Part shown: positions 23,871 to 34,604 of the stretch, piece after piece | Layout of the letters: each line of letters starts with the position of its first letter | Position numbering within the stretch: the stretch's first letter is position 1 | Origin: Octopus bimaculoides | Taxonomy: Eukaryota | Length of the DNA: 46,343 nucleotides | Assembly (NCBI RefSeq): GCF_001194135.2 | Contig: NC_068999.1 | Span: 29,871,262-29,917,604, forward strand | Direction of reading: 5' to 3' | Position numbers and translations under genes: made by a program | Notes under the pieces: model-generated | Seen by the model: the letters and a program-made list of their open reading frames with translations, nothing else | Database searches by the model: none | Told to the model about the DNA's origin: nothing

Positions 23871-24316
23871 AGCATAAAATGAGGAGACTAATTTTTTTTC
23901 TATTGTTTAACTTCATATTTGCATTTCTGACATTAGTCCAACAGGGACAGTTCTGTAGTACTGGATACTAGAACAAACTTTTGAAAAGAGGTTTAAATGA
24001 TAAAAATATTTTTTTAGCCAAGATTGATTAAATAGCACAAATTGAAGCTAATATCCTGAGGGGTTTAGTTAATTGAAACAACTCCGTATGTGATTTACTT
24101 ATTCAACCTATTAACAATATATAGAGGTAATATTAGCAATTTATACCAGCTTTACTGAATAAACCCCAGTTTATCAAACTTGGAAATATACCACTAATTT
24201 TTCTTCCCTAAATCTTAAACATTGTTATTAACAGACCAGCATACAAGTGAATACAAAGAAATTATCAGGACCAACACAATAATGCTAAAAGTATATTTCA
24301 CTTCTTAACTACTTAC

Positions 24317-24614
24317 TTATTTTCCGCCAACCATTTCCAGCATCCCAAAAGATAAGACGTCCATCTCGACCAGTAGTTACTACATGTTCTGAACATTTAA
24401 GTTGGTCAATCCAAAGAAGACCTCGAACCTCATGAGCCTTCTTTTCTTGTTGTGTCACACGTTTTAAGTTCATATCCCAGAGACTGATGTCTCCATTCTG
24501 AGTTCCAGCAGACAGAAAGGCACCAGATGGAAATGTTAGAAACTTTAGACATGTTATTGGACTTTTGTCAGAATTTCGGAGGATAAATACAGGATCTGGT
24601 GAGGCTTGGGTCAT
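24317..24614 (-). CDS. GNB1L: GNB1L first coding exon (298 bp; spliced product 319 aa)
   Basis: MTQASPDPVFILR..AGTQNGDISLWD..TTGRDGRLIFWD matches GNB1L PDPQFVLRG..SQGRD. Donor A|gtaagt at 24317/24316 is phase 1 and compatible with exon 2. An acceptor ttttccag 11 nt upstream of the ATG implies a 5' UTR exon further upstream. Confidence 0.92.
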
Positions 24615-25020
24615 AAGTGAAATATCTGGAAAATAGTTTTGTATCATCATGAGAAAAAGAAAGATGTTTATTTCTTTATAATGGAATATAAAGCATGTGT
24701 AACGGTGGAATATATTTATACTAGTTTGATGTGTGACTGAAGAACATTGTTATACATTATGATGTATGACAACAGAAAGATTTCATGCATTATTCTGAAG
24801 TTTACAAAGCAATCAAAAGAAAGAATTTGAATTTTTACTCAATGTACAAATAATTTCATAACAGGACATAAAGAGCTTGATATTTATATAGTGTTTAAAC
24901 TATTTTCAAATGACACTTTTAAAGGACAGTATGAAATTTTAATTTATAATTCTAAATGTTAGTTGTTATTTACTTAAATAACATGTATGGAGACTTCAGC
25001 AACTGCCTTTATATATATAT

Positions 25021-25684
25021 GTGGAAGAGGCAGGCCCAGGAAGACCAGGGATGAGGTGGTGAAGCACGACCTCCGAACATTAGGCCTCACCGAGGCAATG
25101 ACTTCTGACCGAGACCTTTGGAAATATGCTGTGCATGAGAAGACCCGGCAAGCCAAGTGAGACCAAAATCCAAGGCCTCTGCCAGGGATGTAGCCAGCCC
25201 ACTTATGCGTACTCCACTTGTGAAGACCTGTTGAGGCAAGTGAAATCGAAATGGAACTAAATTCGACGACTGGCCCCCATGCCAATGTCTCCTCCATTGG
25301 ACACTAAACTCTGCTTGCGAAGACTTGTTGGGGNNNNNNNNNNNNNNNNNNNNNNNNNNCGCCTTCCTGGCACGTGAAAAGTCATTCGAGTGAGATTGTT
25401 GCCAGTGTCGCTGGACTGGCTAATGTGCAGGTGGCACGTAAAATACACCATTTTGAGCGTGGCCATTGCCAGTACCACCTGACTGGCCTTCGTGCCAGTG
25501 GCATATAAAAGCACCCACTACACTCTTGGAGTGGTTGGCGTTAGGAAGGGCATCCAGCTGTAGAAACTCTGCCAAATCAGATTGGAGCCTGGTGTAGCCA
25601 TCTGGATCACCAGTCCTCAGTCAAATCATCCAACCCATGCTAGCATGGAAAGTGGACGTTAAACGATGATGATGATGATGATGA
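25021..25684 (+). mobile_element. RTE LINE 3' end with (GAT)n tail (contains a 26-N gap)
   Basis: Same ORF end, 3' UTR and tail as 1-701. Confidence 0.9.
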
Positions 25685-26269
25685 TATATATATATTTGCA
25701 TGAGTGCTTAGATTGTAGCCAGTTTTATGCAAGATGGTAAAGTGAAAGCAGTCAAATTGAACTTTGAACTTTTTCTCTGAAAATATGTATCTGAACGGTT
25801 TACAATTCTCTTTATTGTCTTGGTCAAGTTCAGTGCTAAAATGTTTTTCAGATGTTCAAGAGATACTATACTATAGTTGTACTTTTAATAGAAGAATAAT
25901 CAGTTTCAAACTAATTTCACAAAAGGAGAACATAATTTTTTATTAGATGCCATACATAATTATAAAGTGTACAGGGCATGTGAAAAAGAGCTCATCTAAT
26001 GCTTATAGGTAACGTTCCCCTGCTCCCACCTATCTGCCTTCACTTTCTTTTGAGATATATGTGATTTGATACCCTGACAAACTGCCATTCAAACATATAT
26101 GAGTGTAATGTATATATTTATTTCTCAATACATGCTTACATATTGTGTGGTTAAGAAGCTTGCTTCCCAACCATGTCTCTGAAAGTATAATAGCCAAAGT
26201 ACAAGCAGACTGGAGAAAGTTCAGATAGCTATTACCTCTGTTGGTCATGAAAAGTTTCCCTCCCAGAGA

Positions 26270-26810
26270 GAAAAATCAGACTGTATGATGCTTAACTATG
26301 AATTGCAATGCTACATGGAAGTGAGACATGGGCCCTGAATGCAGAGGGTCTACAAAGACTAGAAAGAAATGAAGCAAGCATGCTTGACTGGATGTGCAAT
26401 GTCAGTGTGCATGAATGACAGAGTACAATGAGTTAAGATAAAAACTGGGCATAAGAGGAATCTCAGATGTGTGCAGAAAAGAGGGCTGTCTTGGTTTTGA
26501 CATGTGATGTATAAGGAAGTCTGCTTTCTGTTAACCTTCCTATGATTCCACTGTTTCTCAAGTATGCACTACATACATCATATGAAATTTCCACCTACAT
26601 CTATCTTACATATCAAGCATGCTGTTTTTCTGAAAGGAGTAGGGTCTTGTCTTTTTTCTTATTAAAGCTTAGACTTTGGTAAATTTAAAACCTTTTAATT
26701 CCAGGTTTTGCTTCCATACCTGCAATTTCTTTTCTAATTCTATAAAAGATTCAGGTATTAGAATGAGGTGATCAGCATATAGCAGCCTAAAACTCTATTA
26801 TGGCCTGGAA
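26270..26810. mobile_element. Two degenerate RTE fragments in opposite orientation
   Basis: LHGSETWALNAE..ERNEASML on +; reverse-strand YADHL..LELEKKL..ESKALI-like segment after 26520. Confidence 0.6.
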
Positions 26811-28225
26811 AACTATGATGAATTGGAGAGAACTGAACTATATGCACATTAAATTCATTGCTATATTTAAGGTACCAGGCAGTATATTTTGAGGAATGGT
26901 ATAGTCAATTATGTCAACCAGTCCCTAAATGGCACTTAGTTGACTGAAGAAAGATGGAAAGCAAAAGTTGAGTACAGTAGGATTTGAACTCAAAATATAA
27001 AAGCTATAATAAAATCTGTAGAGCATTTAGTCCTACACTCTATTGATTTTGTAATGACAGCAGCAATGGATAAAGTTAGATGCAGATGTGATAGACAATT
27101 AACATGACTTACATCAGTGTTTTGAAGGTTGGAGTATATGGAAAGATGTTTCATAGACATATATCATGCAGATGAAGAAAGGCAGTTAAAAAGTTTGACA
27201 ACTACATGATTTCAGGAATTCATTTTCACTGTCACAAACATTTAGGATAAACACAGCAACACTCAAATAACATACACATATCACCCTCATTTCCAGAAGT
27301 TAAATCATAACTAGATTTATTATTTGTCAAGTTCTTAATGTCTTGTGTTTTGAGATTTGATCTGAGAAAGTCGTATTTATCTTTGTGGAAGTTGGAATTT
27401 ACTTTTACAGACAGACAAACAAAAATGCTTGTTGCTACGGAACACTTTATCTAAATAGTGTCCCAAGTAGACCACTGATTGGAGGTAATTTATGTCCACC
27501 TCACCAAAGTTAGCTAGAACAACCAAAAATATGTAGCCAGTTATGAAGGCATCAAACTTGGGGCAATGTGGGATCCATGCTGGAAGAACTACCTAGCTTT
27601 TCATCTATGGTGACAGCAGTGGTACTTGCTTTCATTTCCTCTAACATACCAGGTGAAGAGTGTCTGGAATCATGTTGCAGACTTCCTTCCATCTCATCAA
27701 TGACTTGAGGGTGTAGATTTCTTGTTGATGTCAATTATCATCAAAACCTATTGAGACGAAGCTCCATTACTTCATTCTTCAGGGACTTTTGAACTGCCAT
27801 TATCACAATCACTATCATCCAATGAACATTCCCTGTTGCCACCATCAGATGGATTCAGGTTTCACAGGAGATGCTTCTTGTGGTACAGAAGTTCAGCACC
27901 TCTTCTATTTCTGTTCACCTCTATCTTCAGCAAATTGTGATCATCAAGATCCAAGATCAAATTTATATCATGACTTTTCATACACTTCTGTCGTGGCACC
28001 AAACATTTCACAGGCAGTTTTACAAAGTTGCAGTATTATTTCTGAAGAATTTTTCTTCTGCCATCAAAATTAAGGTAAATTTTGATATTAACACCCACAT
28101 GATTTTCACTAAGAAAAATAAAATTATGGAAGACTACCAAGAGTCACGTGGAGATGAAATGGTTGTACTTCAACCAGGTACTCAAAGACTGGGATAATAT
28201 AGCCCATTTCCTATAAGTTAAGACG

Positions 28226-28258
<33 letters not shown>

Positions 28259-28449
28259 CAATAAGAAAATGGAGGGGATCAAGAGGCGGTATTCATCAAC
28301 TTTTAGACATTATGTCTATTTATTTATTTTTTTAAAAATGCAATTATAACAGTATACATACATGTGTAACATATTATGCTTTACATATATAATATATAAA
28401 AATACCAGTAATTATTAAAATATATAACGTAGAACATAGAAAGTAGAAT

Positions 28450-28576
28450 AATTTCTTACAGCTGTTTCAACCAAGAGGTCATAGTATACCACTTTACTTC
28501 CATCCTTTCAGTGAACTGAAGTATTTGGTAGATAAGATTAAGGTACTTGGGTGTGCCTCTGGGCTTCATCAGAGAG
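28450..28576 (-). ncRNA. Type I hammerhead ribozyme motif (Penelope-type), left arm
   Basis: CUGAUGA (28572-28566), stem II AGCC.AGAGG/CCUCU.GGUU with a long loop, GAAAC (28468-28464), palindromic stem III ACAGCUGU, GUA site, stem I UCU/AGA. Confidence 0.75.
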
Positions 28577-28847
28577 TTTAGAAAGTTTCATAAGGTTAAG
28601 TTATAAATACATACATATCTATACATTTATATGTATATGTATATGCATAGAAAGGAATCAATTATTATTATTATTAGGTGCATTATATTATACTTTATCT
28701 AATAAGAATAATATAATACACCTAATAATAATAATTGATTCCTTTCTATGAATATACATATAAATGTATAGATATGTATTTATGTATCTGTAAAATTGTG
28801 TATATATATGTATGTATTTATATTTATAACTTAACCTTATAACTTAA

Positions 28848-28972
28848 CTCTCTGACGACGCTCAGAGGCACACCCAAGTACCTTAATCTTATCTATCAAA
28901 TACTTCAGTTCACTGAAGGGATGGAAGTAAAGTGGGGTACCATGACCTCTTGGCTGAAACAGCTGTAAGAAA
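28848..28972 (+). ncRNA. Type I hammerhead ribozyme motif (Penelope-type), right arm
   Basis: CUGACGA (28852-28858), stem II GCU.AGAGG/CCUCU.GGC with a 77-nt loop, GAAAC (28956-28960), ACAGCUGU (28959-28966), predicted cleavage after A28967. Confidence 0.72.
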
Positions 28973-28986
28973 CTATTCTACTTTCT

Positions 28987-31818
28987 CAGGATCAGGGCTA
29001 AGTGGCTGCCCAGAAGACGACCAGTTTGGAGGAGAAGGGTCTGGAAGCTCAAAGATCCTGCGAATGGACAGAGATTTAGAGACTTATTACTCGAAGCCTT
29101 TGACGAAATAGAGGGAGATGTAGCTTCACACAATGTAGAGGACAACTGGACGTTTCTATGGGACAACCTGCTGAGGGCCACCGACCAGATCTGTGGTTGG
29201 TGCAAGGTCCCCTCTCGACCGAAAATAACGTGGTGGTGGAACAATGTTGTTGACAGGGCTATTAGAAAAACAGAAACAGGCTTGGAAAGACTGGAAGAAC
29301 AGTGGTAGCAGGGAACTGTATCAGACNNNNNNNNNNNNNNNNNNNNNNNNNNNNNNNNNNNNNNNNNNNNNNNNNNNNNNNNNNNNNNNNNNNNNNNNNN
29401 NNNNNNNNNNNNNNNNNNNNNNNNNNNNNNNNNNNNNNNNNNNNNNNNNNNNNNNNNNNNNNNNNNNNNNNNNNNNNNNNNNNNNNNNNNNNNNNNNNNN
29501 NNNNNNNNNNNNNNNNNNNNNNNNNNNNNNNNNNNNNNNNNNNNNNNNNNNNNNNNNNNNNNNNNNNNNNNNNNNNNNNNNNNNNNNNNNNNNNNNNNNN
29601 NNNNNNNNNNNNNNNNNNNNNNNNNNNNNNNNNNNNNNNNNNNNNNNNNNNNNNNNNNNNNNNNNNNNNNNNNNNNNNNNNNNNNNNNNNNNNNNNNNNN
29701 NNNNNNNNNNNNNNNNNNNNNNNNNNNNNNNNNNTAACCAGGTGATACACGAAGAAGTCATACCCAATGACTGGTGTAGCAGCACCATAGTCAACTGCTA
29801 CAAAGGTAAAGGTGAAGCTTTAGATACAAATAATTACAGAGGTATCAAGCTTTTAGATCAGGTAATGAAAGTCACGGAGAGAGTCATAGCCCAACTAATT
29901 AGGGAGCGAATCAATTTAGATGAGATGCAGTTTGGGTTCGTGCCAGGTAAAAGCACCACTGATGCCATTTTTCTGGTAAGACAGCTGCAGGAGAACTACC
30001 TAGCCCAGGATAAACCTCTGTACCTGGCTTTCGTTGACATGGAGAAAGCCTTCGACAGGGTACCCCATTCTCTCATCTCTCAATGAGGAAACTAGGGATA
30101 GATGAATGGTTAGTGAGAGCTGTGCAAGCCATGTACAGAGATGCTGTCAGTAAGGTGAGGGTTGGCAATGAGTACAGTGAAGAATTCCGGGTGGAGGTAG
30201 GGTTCCACCAAGGTTCTGTCCTCAGCCCCCTCCTATTTATCATAGTCCTCCAGTCTATAACAGAGGAATTCAAGACAGGATGCCCCTGCGAGCTCCTCTA
30301 TACTGATGACCTTGCACCAATTGCTGAGTCACTATCAGAACAAGAAGAGAAGTTTCAGGTGTGGAAGCAAGGACTAGAATCGAAGGGCCTTAGAGTCAAC
30401 CTAGCTAAAACCAAAGTCCTAATAAGTAGGAAGGTAGACAAAACACAAACCCTTTCGGGTAGATGGCCCTGCTCGATCTGTAGAAAAGGCATAGGTAGAA
30501 ACTCTATAAGATGCACCCAGTGCAAGCTATGGACACATAGGAGGTGCAGCAATATCAAAGGAAGGTTAACTAGGAAGTTAGTTTTCATTTGTAGCAGATG
30601 TTCAGGAGCAATAAACACTGTGAATGTGCAGAAAACAACTTCTGTCACATTTCAGGGAGAAAAACTAGAAGTGGTTGATAGCTTCTGCTATCTTGGTGAC
30701 CAAATTAGTAGTGGGGGTGGGTGCGCTGAAAGTGTAGCTGCTAGAATAAGAATAGCCTGGGCAAAGTTCAGAGAGTTCTTACCTCTGCTGGCGACAAAGG
30801 GTCTCTGTCTCAGAGTAAAAGGCAGACTGTATGATGCATGTGTACGAACAGCCATGCTTCATAGCAGTGAAACATGGGCCGTGACTGCTGAGGACATGCA
30901 TAGGCTCGCAAGGAATGAAGCCAGTATGCTCTGATGGATGTGTAATGTCAGTGTGCATACTCAACAGTGTGTAAGTACCTTGAGAGAAAAGTTGAACTTA
31001 CGAAGCATCAGTTGTAGTGTGCAAGAGAGACGATTGCGCTGGTATGGACATGTAGTGAGAATGGATGAGGATAGCTGTGTGTAAAAGTGCCACACCCTAG
31101 CAGTTGAGGGAACCTATGGAAGAGGTAGGCCCAGGAAGACCCTGGGATGAGGTGGTGAGGCACGACCATCGAACATTGGGCCTCTCCGAGGCGATGACTT
31201 CTGACCGAGACCTTTGGAAATATGCTGCGCGTGAGAAGACCCGGCAAGCCAAGTGAGACCTAAATCGAAGGCCTCAGGCAGCCCACTTATACATACCTTC
31301 CTTTATTGGACACTAAACTCCGCTTGCGAATACCTGTTGAGGCAAGTGAAATCAAAATTGAATTAAATTCGACGACTGGCACCCATGCCAACGTCGTCTC
31401 CTTCATTGGAAACGAAACTCTGCTTGCGAAGACCTATTGGGGCAAGCGAAAACGAAACCGTCAATGGCACCTGTGCCCAGCATCGCCTTCCTGGCACTTG
31501 TACCGGATGGCATGTGTAAAGACATTCGAGCGAGATCATTGCCAGTGTCGCCAAACTGGCTCCTGTTCAGGTGGCACGTAAAATACACCATTTTGAGCAT
31601 GGCCGTTGCCAGTACTGCGTGACTGGCCTTCGTGCCGGTGGCACGTAAAAGCACCCACTACACTCTCTAAGTGGTTGGCATTAGGAAGGGCATCCAGCTG
31701 TAGAAACTCTGCCAAATCAGATTGGAGCCTGGTGTAGCCATCTGGTTTCACCAGTCCTCAGTCAAATCGTCCAACCCATGCTAGCATGGAAAGCGGATGT
31801 TAAACGACGATGATGATG
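28987..31818 (+). mobile_element. Young RTE LINE, 5'-truncated and frameshifted (408-N gap inside)
   Basis: ORFs 29244-30086 and 30083-30934 carry RT motifs (QFGFVPGKSTTDAIF, GFHQGSVLSPLLF, LLYTDDL) and a Cys-rich segment. Complete 3' UTR and tail. Confidence 0.94.
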
Positions 31819-31947
31819 TTCTACGTTATATATTTTAATAATTACTGGTATTTTTATATTTTATATATTATATACGTAAAGCATATGCTATACATGTATG
31901 TATACTGTTATAATTGTTTGTTTTTTTAATAAATAAATAGACATAAT

Positions 31948-32459
31948 TGTTGTGACCCCTTCAGTCATGACTGACCATGAGATTGCACCTAGAAAGTTAC
32001 CCACCGAGGCACAAGTCTGGGTAAGGTTGTTTATGGAAGACCAGCAGTAGCCCATGCATAGCAGCCTTCCCTCTCCATGCCACCAATGTTATCCAAGGAA
32101 AAGGCAAATGCCGATACAGCTTGCCACCAGTGACATCGCAGTTCATTTATTAACGTGCAAGTGGCTGAGCACTCCACAGACGTGTACACTTAACATAGTT
32201 CTCAGGGAGATTCAGCATGACACAGAATGTAACAAGGCTGGCCCTTTGAAATACAAGTACAACAGAAACAGGAAGAAAGAGTGAGAGAAGGTTGTGATGA
32301 AAGAGTACAGCAGGGTTCACCACCACCCCCTGCCAGAACCTTGTGGAGCTTTAGGTGTTTTTGCTCAATAAACACTTACAATGCCTGGTCTGGGAATTGA
32401 AACCGCGATCCTACGACCGTGAGTCCGCTGCCCTAACCACTGGGCCATTGTGCCTCCAC
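31948..32459 (-). mobile_element. Full-length tRNA-derived SINE of a second family (512 bp) with 13-bp TSD
   Basis: Head GGAGGCACAATGGCCCAGTGGTTAGG (A box) and GGTTTCAATTCC (B box). TSD AAATAGACATAAT at 31935-31947 and 32460-32472. Confidence 0.88.
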
Positions 32460-32711
32460 AAATAGACATAATATAATGTCTAAAAGTTGATGAATACCAC
32501 CTCTTGATCCCCTCCATTTTCTTATTGCCGTATAAATTAAGGGTAAAACAACTTTTTACCCTCACCCATTTATTACATTCAGTAGTGTAACTGCAATACA
32601 ATGGAAAAACACTTGTGTATTAATAATTGGGTATCCTACCAGCAGTATATTGGATAGATATTATCCCTTGGTTGGATTCTAACTCTCTTGGAATTATATA
32701 TATATATATAT

Positions 32712-33389
32712 ATAAGAGAGTTGACCACTAAGTGAACATCCATTTTGCTAGAAGACCACCTATAGTCTGACCACTAAGAAAAGATTGTTCTCAAGAAAAT
32801 TCGGCAAACACCAGAACATAAGCGAGCAAGACAAATGAAAATATACAAAATATAAAGACCGGTTTCGTTGTTATCACTTATGTAATTGTCCGCAACTCTT
32901 CAGTATGATCGTCTTGGCAATATAATTTGCAGAACTATACACGAGACGTCTGCATGAGATTGAACATGTATATAGTTCTACTAATTACATTTGAGGTTCT
33001 ATTTCAAAAGTCTTCATTCTGGCGCACCAAAATGCCGGAAATAATTCTCTGCAATGAATTTTGCCAGTTAGAGAACATGGTTATTTAAATTTAAATAATA
33101 GGGGTGAAAAATTGAATATTAATTTGAGTAATATCAATTTAAAACCAGTGGCCTAGCAAATTGAAAAATTATATTACACATATATAAGAGGGTTGACCAC
33201 TAAGTGGACATCCATTTTGCTAACAGAAGACCACCTATGGTCTGACCACGAAGAAAAGATTGTTCACTTAGTGGTCAACCCTCTTTTATATATGTAATAT
33301 AATTTTTCTGAATCTTCAGATTTTTCAATTTGCTATTAATTGATATTAATCAAATTAGTATTCAATTTTTCACCCTTATAATTTAAATT

Positions 33390-33390
<1 letters not shown>
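32712..33390 (-). mobile_element. Miniature ORF-less element with direct and inverted terminal repeats and a hammerhead motif
   Basis: ~80-bp direct repeat (32712-32790 and 33185-33266). Inverted repeat 33086-33206 versus 33266-33390. (TA)n on both sides. Confidence 0.7.
32850..32910 (-). ncRNA. Type I hammerhead ribozyme motif
   Basis: CUGAAGA (32903-32897), GUUG/CAAC stem II with inner AUUAC/GUGAU hairpin, GAAAC, palindrome ACCGGU, GUC site at 32857. Proximal stem I is weak. Confidence 0.7.
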
Positions 33391-33427
<37 letters not shown>

Positions 33428-33520
33428 GTAGTCTTCCGTAATTTTTTTCCTTAGTGAAAATCGTGGAGCATTTGTTGTGGTAGTCAAAGAATAATGTTGA
33501 AACTTTGACCTACAAGTATA

Positions 33521-33658
33521 GGCGCAACCCCATGGTTCCGGGTTCAGTCCCACTGAGTGCCACCTTGGGCAAGTGTCTTCTACTATAGCCTCGGGCCGAC
33601 CAAAGCCTTGTGAGTGGATTTGGTAGACGGAAACTGAAAGAAGCTCGTCGTATATATG

Positions 33659-33709
<51 letters not shown>

Positions 33710-33867
33710 TTGTGTTTGTCCCCCTAGCATTGCTAGACAACCGATGCTGGTGTGTTTATGTCCCCGTCAACTAGCGGTTCGGCAAAAAGAGACCGATAGA
33801 ATAAGTACTAGGCTTACAAAGAATAAGTCCCAGGGTCGATTTTCTCGACTAAAGGCGGTGCTCCAGA
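33521..33867 (+). mobile_element. tRNA-derived SINE (same family as 11231-11580) with expanded internal (TA)n(TG)n
   Basis: GGTTCCGGGTTCAGTCCCACTG..GGAAACTGAAAGAAG..GGCGGTGCTCCAG; partly deleted head and truncated tail. Confidence 0.9.
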
Positions 33868-33879
33868 GTACAGCAATTA

Positions 33880-34330
33880 GTGATTATTGACCCTTCCGTG
33901 ATGTATTCGTTATAAGTTCCTCCGTGCTCTATATTCTCGATTAAAACATTATTTCGACAGAGTAAAGTATGTTGTATACATTAAAGTTGTGATGCAGCAA
34001 TGAGTAAAGTTTGTTTGAATTACTGAGATGAGTCACTACTGTAACTGATATGTTTGATCTAGTATCCTAATCTCGGTCATCAAAGTCACATTTCCGACGT
34101 TGTATCCTCCAACCTTCTTACGAGGCCATAAGCGTGAAATTAATCTTGGCTGCAGGCAATATAAGCCAATAATCAGGGTCAAGCGGAACAAGTAGGATAA
34201 TATTCGTGAATTTATCTTCGTAGATTGAATAATGGGCTCGGTTTGAAATTCCGAGAGCGTTACCAAATACGAAATTCGAAGGTCGGAGAGAACAACGGCC
34301 GCAACATTAATAACATTAGCCTGAAAACAA
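33880..34330 (-). promoter_or_regulatory. CpG-retaining unique island; candidate GNB1L promoter or 5' UTR exon region
   Basis: Many CpGs relative to the flanks and no repeat similarity seen. Minus-strand acceptor ttttgttttcag at ~34321 and donor TTG|gtaacg at 34264/34263. Confidence 0.3.
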
Positions 34331-34604
34331 AAGTATATTAAAAACATTGGGTGAATCAGAAATAACCTATGGAAACCAAATTTTTATCTTGAAAAAGAGA
34401 TTGTCCAAATCTTAATTCTTGGGAAATATACTCACGAGAAAACACTTAAAATTGACAAATTCTATTCTTTAATGCCTAGAAAAAAAGGAAAGAAAAAGCA
34501 TGATGCAAGGGAGGTAATTGAATACCGGTGAAAATATTTTCCTGTCGCGTTGGAAAATAAATCCATCTTTGTTTTTGTTTTTTACATATCTTTCCTTTCC
34601 TTTT

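Larger units (their letters stand above)
28258..32528. mobile_element. ORF-less fold-back element (two inverted ~450-bp arms, centre near 28700); right arm interrupted by an RTE and a SINE
   Basis: 28258-28690 is the reverse complement of 28715-28986 + 31816-31947 + ~32473-32528. Flanked by TA sequence. Confidence 0.88.

Noticed and set aside
24615-24650. Upstream ATGs (MMIQNYFPDISL) extending GNB1L
   Set aside because: They overlap a polypyrimidine tract and acceptor (ttttccag), and homology starts at MTQASPDP; likely intronic.
29244-29794. Long ORFs containing X runs
   Set aside because: Artefacts of the N gap at 29327-29734; only the RT portion is real.
32385-32459. tRNA-like sequence with A and B boxes
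   Set aside because: It is the head of a SINE with a body, tail and TSD; it lacks a proper acceptor stem, so it is not a tRNA gene.
33389-33890. THTHTH/CVCVCV ORFs, and ERERER/LSLSLS ORFs at 43718-44156
   Set aside because: Translations of microsatellites.
33988-34329. Possible LTR (TGT...ACA flanked by AAAGT)
   Set aside because: Only a 3-bp terminal repeat, found after scanning many candidate ends in AT-rich DNA; the CpG-rich sequence extends beyond it. Plausibly chance.
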